Below, piece after piece: positions 11,801-23,643 of a stretch of 64,000 bases of DNA; within the stretch, counting starts at the first letter, position 1; each line of letters begins with the position of its first letter. The stretch is from the NCBI GenBank assembly GCA_002269645.1, contig NIVC01001962.1, positions 1 to 64,000 on the forward strand. The letters are read 5' to 3'. Source of the DNA: Macrostomum lignano (taxonomy: Eukaryota). Both the position numbers and the translations under genes were made by a program. The notes below the pieces were generated by a model, which ran no database searches, was not told the origin of the DNA, and was given only the letters and a program-made list of their open reading frames with translations.

Positions 11801-13413
11801 GCCTGGCGAAAGCCATTAGCGCTGGGCAAGATGATGCTGGGAATGAAAAAGCAATGCTGACCTCTGGCGATCCAGCGATCGATGATGTGGGCTGTGGGAA
11901 GCATAGAGGATGGAACTGATCCAGGCTAGTCTCTTTTTTTCCGAGCTCTACAATACATTTAGGCGTAAAAAGTCAGTTTATTGATGTTTCTAGGCTGCGA
12001 ACTCGAAATGGCGTGACCGCGCCCCCCCCCACCCCTGCTCGAGCGAATGCGGAACCAGCCGAGGCGCTGCTTACATGGAAAGAACACCAAAAATTTCTTC
12101 TTATCTTTATTTCATTTTAACAAAATTTTGCCAACCCTCCTTTAGATACGCTCGTAGTGAAGCTTGTAAGTGCACGCTAAATATTGCAGTAAAAATGGTC
12201 GATAAACGACTAAGCACCCAGTTACAATGGGTTGCTTGAAGAAAAGAAGAAGAAGCACGACTGTAATTTAGACAAAGGCAGCTCGCTTCACAACTAGTAA
12301 ATGCACTTATGTAGTACATGTAAGTGTCTTACCCCCTTCAAGCCTAGGACATCAGCGTCCCCCTACTGAGCCTTGTCATCTAAGCAACTCCCCCGTAAGC
12401 CATGGCATCTCAGCAACTCCCCCGTAAGCCATGGCATCTCAGCAACTCCCCCATGAGCCATGGCATCTCAGCAACTCCCCCGTAAGCCATGGCATCTCAG
12501 CAACTCCCCCGTAAGCCATGGCATCTCAGCAACTCCCCCGTGAGCCTTGGCATCTCAGCAACTCCCCAGTGAGTCTTGGCATCTGTCTATGCTAGATAGC
12601 ATTTCAACTAAGTAAGCTTGAGAATTCGATATCGCAATTAGCTCGTAGTTATGATGATGCAATCAATTTTTAATAAACAGTTAATTTTTTCAGTCAGCCA
12701 ACTTTTTGATGAACTTACCCAAAGAAGTAATGTGTGTAACTCAGCCATGTATTTAACTTTCATGTTTTCAATTTTCTTGCCATTGTAAAATATCAGCATT
12801 TTCTTATTTACTCCAATATGAACCTTCGTGTATTTGCAATTTTAATTTTCGGCAGGTCAAGATTGAAGCCTCTGGCGTGCTCGGGCACAGCGAATCTCTT
12901 CAGCTCTCCGTGCCAGTCGTGATCGGAACGGTTCCGTTTGAGAACTCAGCCTTGTCCAGCGCTAATCTCGGTAAGCAGTCTGTGTCTGTGTTGCTTCTGT
13001 ATCAAACACGCAGGTTTCGGCTGCATAATTAATAGGGATCAAAGAGGGCTCACAAAAACTGGCTGCAAAATTTTTCAACTTCCATCAAATTTAAGTGCTT
13101 TTTTCAGTGCTACTGCCAGTAGGGTCGGCAGGGTTTGGAGAGTTATTTCTTCTTAGAGTTTACTACAAGCTGGTCTACAATACTCTACTCATTTTCAGTT
13201 GCATCGTGCTTTGCTCACTTCGACTTTCACACTGGCGACATCATTGAGCACTCGCTGATGGAGCTGGAGCAGGCCCAGGGCCCGATGAGGCCAGTCTACC
13301 GCTACTACAAGACTGAGCGCCGACTGTCGAGTCAGCTGCTGGAGAAGCGTCGCTCGCATCCGCAAGGAGGCTGTGATGAGCGCCATCACAACGGGGCTGT
13401 TACATCTGTGTGA
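5831..13413 (+). CDS. Arrestin-domain-containing protein (alpha-arrestin, ARRDC/TXNIP family), 413 aa; join(5831..5990,9661..9792,10860..11113,11390..11755,12856..12970,13199..13413)
   Basis: Family motifs: LDVALDNAAGLFSPGDSVAGHV, RIVFTGQAEVSW, AGFHQFRFHFQLPERLPSSFE, ARVAYCLRVDLENSW, CELSLPRSGYVPGE, SIEYVVQVKIE, LSVPVVIGTVP. All introns are GT..AG with compatible phases (1,1,0,0,1) and the total is 1242 nt. The start codon is uncertain because an upstream in-frame Q-rich extension or exon is possible. Confidence 0.9.
6021..7792. repeat. 55-bp minisatellite, ~32 copies, arrestin intron 1
   Basis: Unit cttccctgacctcaaagatcccctgtagtttccctggcttcccaattctctgcag; starts at 6076 and 6131 are 55 apart. 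Confidence 0.97.
8871..9327. mobile_element. TIR element whose subterminal 16-bp repeats (tttcgggtttatgata) have expanded on the right arm
   Basis: The left arm catcacaaactcaaacaatcacaactccgaaaa...atcataaccccgaaa mirrors the reverse complement of the right arm (...ttttcggagttatgatttttcgggtttgtgatg). There are ~4 units on the left and ~20 on the right. Confidence 0.7.
9818..10126 (-). mobile_element. tRNA-derived SINE with CORE-like central domain, full-length copy with 7-bp TSD
   Basis: The minus strand shows a pol III A-box (taacctagtgg) and B-box (ggttcgattcc), tgtgtccttgagcaagacacttaac, a TA-rich tail, and TSD ccgttca at 9811-9817 and 10127-10133. A second copy is at 35871. Confidence 0.85.
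12383..12585. repeat. 29-bp minisatellite, ~7 copies, arrestin intron 4
   Basis: Unit agcaactcccccgtaagccatggcatctc. Confidence 0.93.
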
Positions 13414-13815
13414 CTTTACCGACAAATTGAGCACGTTGTGACGGATCGCTATGCCCCCAAGCTTGGGTTGAGCTCAGAACTAATTAGAACGAGTTGCCAT
13501 GCGGGCCAGTTCATGTCTAATTAGCAATAAATCGGAGCTTTCAATCCGGCAGGTTAAAGCAACTTCAGGTGTGCGATCAAATTAGTCACTCAGCCGCGAC
13601 TGGGATGAAAATTATCCGCTACATTTAATATCATGCTTAATCTCGGCAGTCTGTTTTACTTTAAGTTATGAAATTTTCATCTTTAAAAATGATCCCTACG
13701 AAATCATATTTTTATTGGTTACAATCATGAGCAATAAAGCAAATGGCTAAATGCATATTAAAGTTGTTGATTCAAGTAAATGTAGGCAATAAACAATTTT
13801 TTTGTTCTTTAATAT

Positions 13816-14084
<269 letters not shown>

Positions 14085-14504
14085 TCGATAAAGTAATGTT
14101 TAACTAGTTTCAATAGTATATTTGAAGAGATCAGCTGGAATCCGAGCATCACATTACTCCAGCATTCTAAAATTCAGAACGAGCCCAGTCAATCCACAGC
14201 GGGATCCGTCAGTCGCATACAAAATTGCAATATTTTCGATCGGCTCTAGCTATTTTCTTAGAATGATCCGACGGGTTTCACTCCCGGCGCAACTCCCAGA
14301 GCTGCCCTGCCCTGGCGTGTCGATGCCAAAAGCAATTTCACGCTAACAGGCCGAGGGCACAGCAGTCTACAGCTGGAGCAGAAATTTACATGGGACTACA
14401 AATACAATGATTATTCATTGCCACCTTGCCAGTGCGACAGACATTCGTCAGTTCATGACGGCGGGCTGGCGTGATTCAGCCGCAATTTGCATTGACGTCA
14501 CACT

Positions 14505-15076
14505 TGCGCCAGCAACTGTTGCATCCTGAATGGTGATTGTGCCAACAACTGTTGCATCCTGAATGGTGATTGTGCCAGCAACTGTTGCATCCTGAATGGC
14601 GATTGTGCCAGCAACTGTTGCATCCTGAATGGCGATTGCGCCAGCAACTGTTGCATCCTGAATGGCGATTGCGCCAGCAACTGTTGCATCCTGAATGGCG
14701 ATTGCGCCAGCAACTGTTGCATCCTGAATGGTTATTGTGCCAGCAACTGTTGCATCCTGAATGGCGATTGCGCCAGCAACTGTTGCATCCTGAATGGCGA
14801 TTGTGCCAGCAACTGTTGCATCCTGAATGGTGATTGTGCCAGCAACTGTTGCATCCTGAATGGTGATTGTGCCAGCAACTGTTGCATCCTGAATGGTGAT
14901 TGTGCCAGCAACTGTTGCATCCTGAATGGTGATTGTGCCAGCAACTGTTGCATCCTGAATGGTGATTGTGCCAGCAACTGTTGCATCCTGAATGGTGATT
15001 GTGCCAGCAACTGTTGCATCCTGAATGGTGATTGTGCCAGCAACTGTTGCATCCTGAATGGTTATTGTGCCAGCAA
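14505..15076. repeat. 33-bp minisatellite, ~17 copies
   Basis: Unit gtgccagcaactgttgcatcctgaatggtgatt, an 11-aa period in the ORF track. Confidence 0.95.
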
Positions 15077-16443
15077 CACTCACTGGTACGAGCGAAGGCA
15101 CGCACTCATACAGGGTTTTACATTGGCACTGAATTTATCATTTGGAGGATCCTATTTGAACCGTTCTTTTGCATCCAAAAGTTCATCATTCACGCTGGAT
15201 TGACCTCGTAGTCCCCTGCAAATTGCCATCGCATCTGACTGTCGTTACACGCTTGGATAAATGATCCCCAACTTTTCAGGCTTTTCATTTCACCCCGAGA
15301 ATGACATCTCCAGTTTTGGTTGCTAAGCGACCGGGCTGCCCTAACCTGAGTCGGCCTCGCTGAAAATGAGTACACAAATCCGGGAGCAGGGGGCCGCAGC
15401 CCCCGGCTGTTTACTCAGAATGCTGATTACAGATTTTGTCAATCCGGGAGCATTTCTCCGCCAGCTCAGGGGAGAAGGCTGGCTGGGGCTTTGCCGGACT
15501 TGCAGCGCCCAGCGTGGACTGGCAAAATCCCCAGCCAATGGCAGAGCCAGAGCCGAGGATCTCAAATCGAGGATATCTCCCTCCAACCAATTCCAACGGC
15601 CTTATTAGCATCCGCCCAGCATTCCATTGCTGACTTCTGGAATCCACCCCGAGCTCTGAAACTTTATCTTTCAGCTTAAGCCACAGGTGCAGCGCATTCG
15701 CAACAATTATAGCGTGAGTAATCTATTGGAAATTTTCTGTTGATTAAGCAAATCATAACTTAAATTGGGTTTGAAAATTAATTTATTTAATTGCATTTGG
15801 AAAAGCGCTTGAGTTGTTTATCAAATATCGGGAGTCACTGAGTGAGTTTTTATGTAGGCGGAGAAACGACGGAGCAGGAGCCGTATTTTATTTGAATTTT
15901 TTCATGATTGCGAGGCCATAATTTGTTGCGTATCTTCGGCAGCCTCCTTAAACCTTTAAAAGTCGTGAAGAATTTCTTCCCTGACTATAGCGATTACAGC
16001 TATGGTCCAGAAAGGTCTCCCGGATGACAAACTGAGTTTTCTATGCACTGGGTTGGTGGATTGGGTTGAAACTTGATACATGCATGCTTATGGACCTTGT
16101 TCTGGTGATATTTTTACTTAAAAAATCTTGCTACTTGCTTTGAAAACTAGGAAGGTGCAGAAGTTTTCTTAAAGAACACCCGTTTCAATAACTGAAGTAT
16201 CTACAGCTGAAGGCATTCATCACGCAGCTGACGATGACTTTGAGCAGTGCCTAAAAAACTGCACTGCCGATTTCATGCTGTGTCCTCATGTTTTTTGAAG
16301 CAAGTACCAATATTGTTTTAGATTAAAATGGATTAAAAAGCATCCATGGAGCTCTAGGGGAAACTCAGTTTGTTATGCCTTTCTGGACCACCCTAAGCTA
16401 AACGCCCACAACTTCCTCACCTGCGGCAGTCGCACACCGAACG

Positions 16444-19400
16444 ATGATCTCAGAAGAGACCAGAGCCTTCCTCGAGAGCACCAGCATTCGCGGTGTCGGT
16501 CGGATTTTCAAGAGTCCGAGCCGCTTTCTCAGCCACCTGTGGGTCCTGTTCGTGCTCGGCTCCACCTCCCTGCTGTTCTACAGCGCCGTGAACGTCACCC
16601 TCGACTACCTGCAGTACGACGTGAACATCCAGACCCGGCTCGATCTGGACGACGTCAGCCCGTTCCCGGCGGTGAGCATCTGCAACAACCAGCCGTTCTC
16701 GAAGAATGCTTTCCGACTCTGGACGGACAAAACCGTGCCATCACCGACTGACTTCAACTGGCAGCTGCGCCAGCATGGTCTTCGACTGCTCTCGGAGCTG
16801 GACATCGAAGGCGCGTACGAGAAGAAAGTGACCGAACCGCAGAGCGACGCCACCGACCAAGAGTACAAGGAGGTCTTGTCCGCCAGCATGAAAGCGCTTC
16901 AGCTGACCCTCCCTATGGACTCATCCAGGCTCTACTTTCAAAACTTGAAGGCGTCCCAAGCGGCGATGCTGGGCCACTCCAGGAACGATTCATTCGTCGA
17001 CTGCATTTTCAAGTTCTCCTCTGCGCAGGTGCAGGGCACGAAGGGCTGCTACGACAGGCTGCTAGATGTGACGACGTTCAGCCACCCGAACTATTTCAAC
17101 TGCTACACGCTGCAGTTCAACCCGGATGTCATTCAGGACGTGTTCAGCCTGGCGCTCATTATCTGGCTGGGTCCCGTGGAGAGTTACGGAGTCCAGCACA
17201 AGCAGGGCTTCCTTTTCGACATATTCGAGCAGGCCTACGGACTGCGTGTGGCTGTGCACGAGCCGGGAAGCCACCCTGCGGTGAGCTGGGATCGTTAATC
17301 TAACTCAGTTTCTAGGGAAAAGTGCGAACAAAAATATCTTGTGGTCCTTGTGAGACGCTTGAACATTTAAAGTGCCTAACACGCCTTAACTAGTGTCTAA
17401 CACGCCTTAAATAGTGCCTAACACGCCTCAACTAGTGTCTAACACGCCTTAACTAGTGCCTAACACGCCTTAACTAGTGTCTAACACGCCTTAACTAGTG
17501 TCTAACACGCCTTAACTAGTGTCCAACACGCCTTAACTAGTGTCTAACACGCCTTAACTAGTGTCTAACACGCCTCAACTAGTGTCTAACACGCCTTAAC
17601 TAGTGTCTAACACGCCTTAACTAGTGTCTAACACGCCTTAAATAGTGCCTAACACGCCTCAACTAGTGTCTAACACGCCTTAACTAGTGTCTAACACGCC
17701 TTAAATAGTGCCTAACACGCCTTAACTAGTGTCTAACACGCCTTAACTAGTGCCTAACACGCCTTAACTAGTGTCTAACACGCCTTAACTAGTGTCTAAC
17801 ACGCCTTAACTAGTGTCCAACACGCCTTAACTAGTGTCTAACACGCCTTAACTAGTGTCTAACACGCCTTCAATAGTGTCTGAAATAGCTCGTAGTTACA
17901 TCATCTCGTGTCTAAGTGTCCTAAGCGTCATACTTATCCAATTTGATCAAAACTATTTTCCCTGCAGATCAAACTCTGCTTACAATAGCAAAAAACACTT
18001 TAAAGGCCCTCAACGAGTGTTCGCTGTGCCAGTGCGTCCGAAGCCCATAATAGTAGCAAATCCAATCGATCCCAACGCGACCGGTGAAAAAATTGTCCCA
18101 AAATCCAATCGAGCTCCCGCCACAGAGATGTCAAGTCAATAGAAATCGCGGCTTTTAGCGAACTAACCTTTTGGCTGGAAGCCAGCGAAAGGTTCAGTTT
18201 ATGGCGCACCACAGCTTTATCGGTCGATTTGCATCAGAGTTAAATGTCGCTGAATTGTTTATTGCATTCAGTTGCTGCCGGCAGTGTAACTTGCGGCTCC
18301 AGCGTAAACGATGAATCAGTGGGCGCGATTTAACTCGATGCAAAGATAGTTGAAGATTTATTTCTGCTGCTGGTTGGCGCAAGTACTCCGATCCGTACTG
18401 ACTCAGAAAGTCGTCAATCATTCACTGGCGCTTCTCCAGTTGGAGGAATTGGAATAAAATAATTTAAATAGTTGAGGATTCTTATGCGGGAAATCGAAAA
18501 GAGGCCGAGAGCTAGACTGTCCCTGCTGGTAGGGTGCCTGCGGCATCAGCTCACGCACTTCCTGCACCGGCTGAGGGCAGTGCGTGACGTCACTCGTATA
18601 TACACTTGAATCTTTCTAGATGCCCGTAAATTTCTTTGAGTTCTTTAGCAAAAGAAACCACTTGAATTTCTAAATCTTGAAAAGCAAACAATGCACTATT
18701 TTGATCAGGTATGGAGACGATAAAGGTGCATTCATTTTATTACTTCTCTTTTCTTCTACTTCCGTACAGAACCCATTTGCAAAACAGCCTGATTTGACTG
18801 CCGCATGGCGCTGGGAGGGCAGAGAGGGGATGGGAGAAATCCATCTCGATCTGAATAAAAGCTTTTTCCCTCCCAGATTTATTCCAGATATAGAATATAA
18901 CAATAACGCTGGCCCCCAAGACGCCCTGAGCCTGAGGTCTCTGGGATTCCGTGATCTCCTCTACCAAATTACTCCAGGACCGTTCGCCTCTTCTCAATTT
19001 CTTACTGTTCGCAGGGCCAGAGAGCAAGTTTGTTTTTTCCCTAAGGAAGTAGAGGCAATTTGCCCGCGCAAGACGCGGCCAGGTGCAGGGAGACAATATG
19101 TTTTTGTAGGCATATTTTATTGTCTACGAGACAGCAGACTCCAGAAAAATAATTATTATTAACTGACTGTAGTGGTTGCGGTATCGGGAATCGGAGAATG
19201 GGGAATCGGGGAATGGGGAATCGGGGAATGGGGAATCGGGGAATGGGGAATCGGGGAATGGGGAATCGGGGAATGGGGAATCGGGGAATGGGGAATCGGG
19301 GAATGGGGAATCGGGGAATGGGAAATCGGGGAATGGGGAATCGGGGAATGGGGAATCGGGGAATGGGGAATCGGGGAATGGGAAATCGGGGAATGGGGAA

Positions 19401-22094
19401 TCGGGGAATGGGGAATCGGGGAATGGGGAATCGAAAAATGGGGAATCGGGGAATGGGGAATCGGGGAATGGGGAATCGAAAAATGGGGAATCGGGGAATG
19501 GGGAATCGAGGAATGGGGAATCGAGGAATGGGGAATCGGGAATCGGGGAATCGGGAAATGGGGATTCGGGAAATGGGGAATCGGGAAATGGGGAATCGGG
19601 GAATGGGGAATCGGAGAATGGGGAATTGGGAAATGGGGAACCGGGAATGGGGAATCGAGAAATGGGGAATCGGGAAATGGGGAATCGGGGATTGGGGAAT
19701 CGGGGAATTGGGGAATCGAGGAGTGGGGAATCAGGAAATGGGGAATCGGGGAATGGGGAATCGAGGAGTGGGGAATCAGGAAATGGGGAATCGGGGAATG
19801 GGGAATCGGGGAATGGGGAATGGGGAATCGGGGAATCGGAATGGGAAATAGGGAATTGGGGAATGGGGAGTGGAGAATCGAGGAATAGGGAATTGGTCCT
19901 ACAGAAAAATCTGGAATCATGGTTGCCAGAGACCTGAGATCTGAGCTATTTTCTTCGCTTTAAAAAGCCTGAAAAAAATAGATGAATACTGCGTCTTTAG
20001 CGATTTTTGGCCCGGAGTGGTTGCAAATCGCAGCTTGAAATGAGCCAAAATAGACTTAGCGAAGACCTTGCTGGATTTTATGCACGTTACAAGGAAGTTA
20101 CTTATTGAGTTGTTATTTACAAGGGAAATAACAGTCCCAAGTCAGTCACAACTCCCCCAGCAATAAAAAACATTTCCTGTTGTCCAATAATCGGCGCAGG
20201 CATTTCCCCACTCCGCCATTGTCCATAAGACACAGCCTGGTGTAATGACAAACTCAACTGGCCATTAGTTCAGCTTTAGCAGGCGTTTGAACCATAGACG
20301 TTTTGTTAACTATGCACTTATTAACTGACATAAGGGAATAATGTTCGCAAACAGTCTACATGGCATAGAATACATTGAAAATAAGGATAGTCAAGACATT
20401 TTAGCTAACAATCCATGGAAAACGCGCACATTAAGCACAAAAACAACACAGTAGTCATGGTCTCTTCATCAGAAGTTGTTCATTAAAACTAAAACGTGCA
20501 ATTCTTGAAGTGGCAGTTCTCGAAGAAGCGAACTGCGCGTTCCGAATCCATCCGACCTGCAGATTAATGGACATTGTAAAAAATCCACAGTTTCTCTATG
20601 GCCATTAGTATAGCCACTAATTTATTTACAATGTTGACATATTATACTTACCATGCTTCACCCGCATCTCCTGTGTCACCTCCACTGAAGCATAGGTCGC
20701 CCGGATCGTTCAGTCGTTGACAAGAAGATTTTTCCAATTAATAAGCGGAGCTGTTTGACGAGATGCACCAGCCATAGTTGTTTGACAAGACAAATAGCTT
20801 ACGCAATAGCTTAGCAAGACGCAAACGAAATCAGCACTCATCACAGTGTTGTCTATGGTCAAACTAAGACACACATCTTAGTCGTCTATGGGTAAAATAA
20901 CTCTCAAAACAGCCAATTAAAAAAGTGTGAAAAATGACCGCTTCCGGCACGCTGAAATAACGGCCGCCAGACTGCGCTATGCTGAAATAATGGCCTCTAT
21001 GTGTCTTATAGACAATGACGTTGCTACGCGCACTCGTGTTTGGCCTTACCTACTACGCAATCTACCATTTGCTCTCGCAGATGCTGCGGCAGGGTGTCCA
21101 GACGGAGCCGGGCAAGATGAACGAGATCAAGTACCAGACCGAGCGCTTCGTCCGCGCCAACACACCGCGCAGTCTCTGCCTGGACGACGCCGAGATTCGT
21201 CGACGACGTTTCGCCGATCACGGCCAGATGTACAACTACGACCAGGAGCTGTGCCTCAACACCAAGGTGCAGGAGGCCTTCCTCAGCGCCTGCGGCTGTC
21301 TGTACGTCGAGCTGCCCCTGGTGACGCAGGCAAACACCAGCCATCCCTACTGCGGCTTCATCGACGACAAACTGTTCAGCAGGCTGAGGTGCGCCAAGAG
21401 CATCGATCAGCGAAGGATTCGGCAGCAGTTCGAGGCGACCGACTGCCTGCCCAGGTGCACCGAGCTCAGTTACCGCAAGGAGCTCTCGGTCACGAAGTGG
21501 CGCGACACCCACTGGATGCTGCACTGGATCAAGGAGGTGTCGGAGCGATGGAACGACTACTTGATGAAGCTGAACCTGCTGCTGGATACTCCCGAAAATT
21601 TTAAACGGGGTTTGCGTCGCGTCAAAGACTACCTGCGCATGAGGAACATCACTGACCCGGCGCTGCTGGCCAACAACACCAATTTTCATTTCGACGAGCG
21701 ATTCACCTACGTGATGGTGAAGCGGCGCGCCAACAACACTCTGGTGAGGCAGGAGAAGATCGTCCTCACCGTCAACGCTCTGTTCAGCCGCATCGGCGGC
21801 CTCTGCTCCATGTACATCGGCCTGACTCTGGCATTCTTTGTCGAATGCATCGAGTTGCTTTACCGGCTGGTGGCTGAGAGGACCCGGCCTTCCAATTCGG
21901 GCGAGCCCAAGCAGCAGCGACAGCAGCGGCAGCTACAGGTTGTGGACTTGTCGGAGCAGCCCACCGAGAACTTGGAGCTGCTGCTGCAGCCTCCGTCGAT
22001 GCAGCCGCAGCAAAATCCGTCTGACAAATTTGGTGGCAGCAATTTTGTCTGGCTGCGACAGAGCGGAGCTAACGGCAGATCGAGTCTTTGCTGA
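16444..22094 (+). CDS. DEG/ENaC (amiloride-sensitive sodium channel/ASIC/FaNaC superfamily) subunit, 616 aa; join(16444..17280,21081..22094)
   Basis: Family hallmarks: [10 protein letters not shown]-terminus, TM1 [38 protein letters not shown], thumb Cys cluster ([23 protein letters not shown]) and TM2 [23 protein letters not shown]. The intron is phase 0, gtgagc..tcgcag. Confidence 0.92.
17371..17870. repeat. 21-bp minisatellite, ~24 copies, ENaC intron
   Basis: Unit ctaacacgccttaactagtgt. Confidence 0.95.
19185..19890. repeat. G-rich 15-bp minisatellite (tcggggaatggggaa), ENaC intron
   Basis: Tandem unit that degenerates towards the 3' end; it has G-quadruplex potential. Confidence 0.95.
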
Positions 22095-22239
22095 GCAGCC
22101 TGAGCACACTAACTGTTTGGCTCTAGCGTTTGTATCGGAGGACAAATTAGTTTAATACTTCTAACTTTTCTTATTGGGTTTAGAGAACTAATTAAACTAA
22201 TCTGCTTGAGCTGCAGTTGCTCTTGTACCTCCACACTGT

Positions 22240-23055
22240 CGGTCTCTCGGTGTGTCTCTCAGTGTGTCCCTCAGTGTGTCTCTCAGTGTGTCTCACGGTG
22301 TGTCTCTCAGTGTGTCTCTCAGTGTGTCTCTCGGTGTGTCTCTCAGTGTGTCTCTCAGTGTGTCTCTCGGTGTGTCTCTCGGTGTGCCTCTCGGTGTGTC
22401 TCTCTCAGCGTGTCTCACGGTGTGTCTCTCAGTGTGTCTCTCACGGTGTGTCTCTCAGTGTGTCTCTCAGTGTGTCTCTCAGTGTGTCTCTCACGGTGTG
22501 TCTCTCAGTGTGTCTCTCAGTGTGTCTCTCAGTGTGTATCTCGGTGTGTCTCTCGGTGTGCCTCTCGGTGTGTCTCTCTCAGCGTGTCTCACGGTGTGTC
22601 TCTCAGTGTGTCTCTCACGGTGTCTCTCAGTGTGTCTCTCAGTGTGTCTCTCAGTGTGTCTCTCAGTGTGTCTCTCACGGTGTGTCTCTCAGTGTGTCTC
22701 TCAGTGTGTCTCTCAGTGTGCATCTCGGTGTGCCTCTCGGTGTGTCTCTCAGTGTGTCTCTCAGCGTGTCTCTCAGTGTGTCTCTCAGTGTGTCTCTCAG
22801 TGTGTCTCTCAGTGTGTCTCTCAGTGTGTCTCTCAGTGTGTCTCTCAGTGTGTCTCTCGGTGTGTCTCTCGGTGTGTCTCGGTGTGCCTCTCGGTGTGTC
22901 TCTCTCAGCGTGTCTCTTGGTGTGTCTCTCAGTGTGTCTCTCAGTGTGTCTCTCAGTGTGTCTCTCGGTCTCTCGCTGTGTGTGTGTGTGTGTGTGTGTG
23001 TGTGTCTGTCTGTCTGTCTGTCTGTCTGGTCTGTCTGCCTGTCTGTCTGTCTGCC

Positions 23056-23089
<34 letters not shown>
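22240..23089. repeat. Compound satellite: 12-bp cagtgtgtctct array, then (TG)n, then (TCTG)n
   Basis: Read directly from the sequence, downstream of the ENaC stop. Confidence 0.95.
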
Positions 23090-23091
<2 letters not shown>

Positions 23092-23643
23092 ATGTGTCCA
23101 TAAGTCTGACTCCAATCGCTCCCATTCCCAATGCTCAAACAAGCTCACAAGGCTCGGTCACTCTACGCTGCTCTGCAACAGAGCGAAGGCATTGCATCGC
23201 GGTCAGATTCCGGCCCACTCGATTGATGTCAAAGTTGATGGCTGAGAAGCCCCTGCATCAGCTCCGGGCCCTTTGTTTAATATTCATAACCTTTCGCCTG
23301 CTCAGCACACGACGTGGCAACTGCAGAGGATAATAAACTGCCTAAAATTATTGTGCGTCTTGGTTTACCCTCTTGGATTGAGTGGCTTGAGTGGCTTGAG
23401 TGGCTCTTTATATTGTACTAAAAGGCATAACGCTGACTGCCTTGTACTTTTGATTGTGATAATATCTTAGTGCATAAGTACTCAATGTGTGTATACTCTT
23501 ATCTGGATGCTATATCCGAAATTATTGATTAATAAAGTGCATAAAGTGCATCATTGAAAGTCATCATTGTATTTGCATCCGAAATGCTATGAAGTATTCT
23601 ATTCGACAGCTTACTGGAATGCGCCTAAGTAACATCTCATCCA

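Noticed and set aside
18677-19162. 161-aa ORF in the ENaC intron
   Set aside because: It has a non-ATG start and no recognisable motif, and the two ENaC exons join without it.
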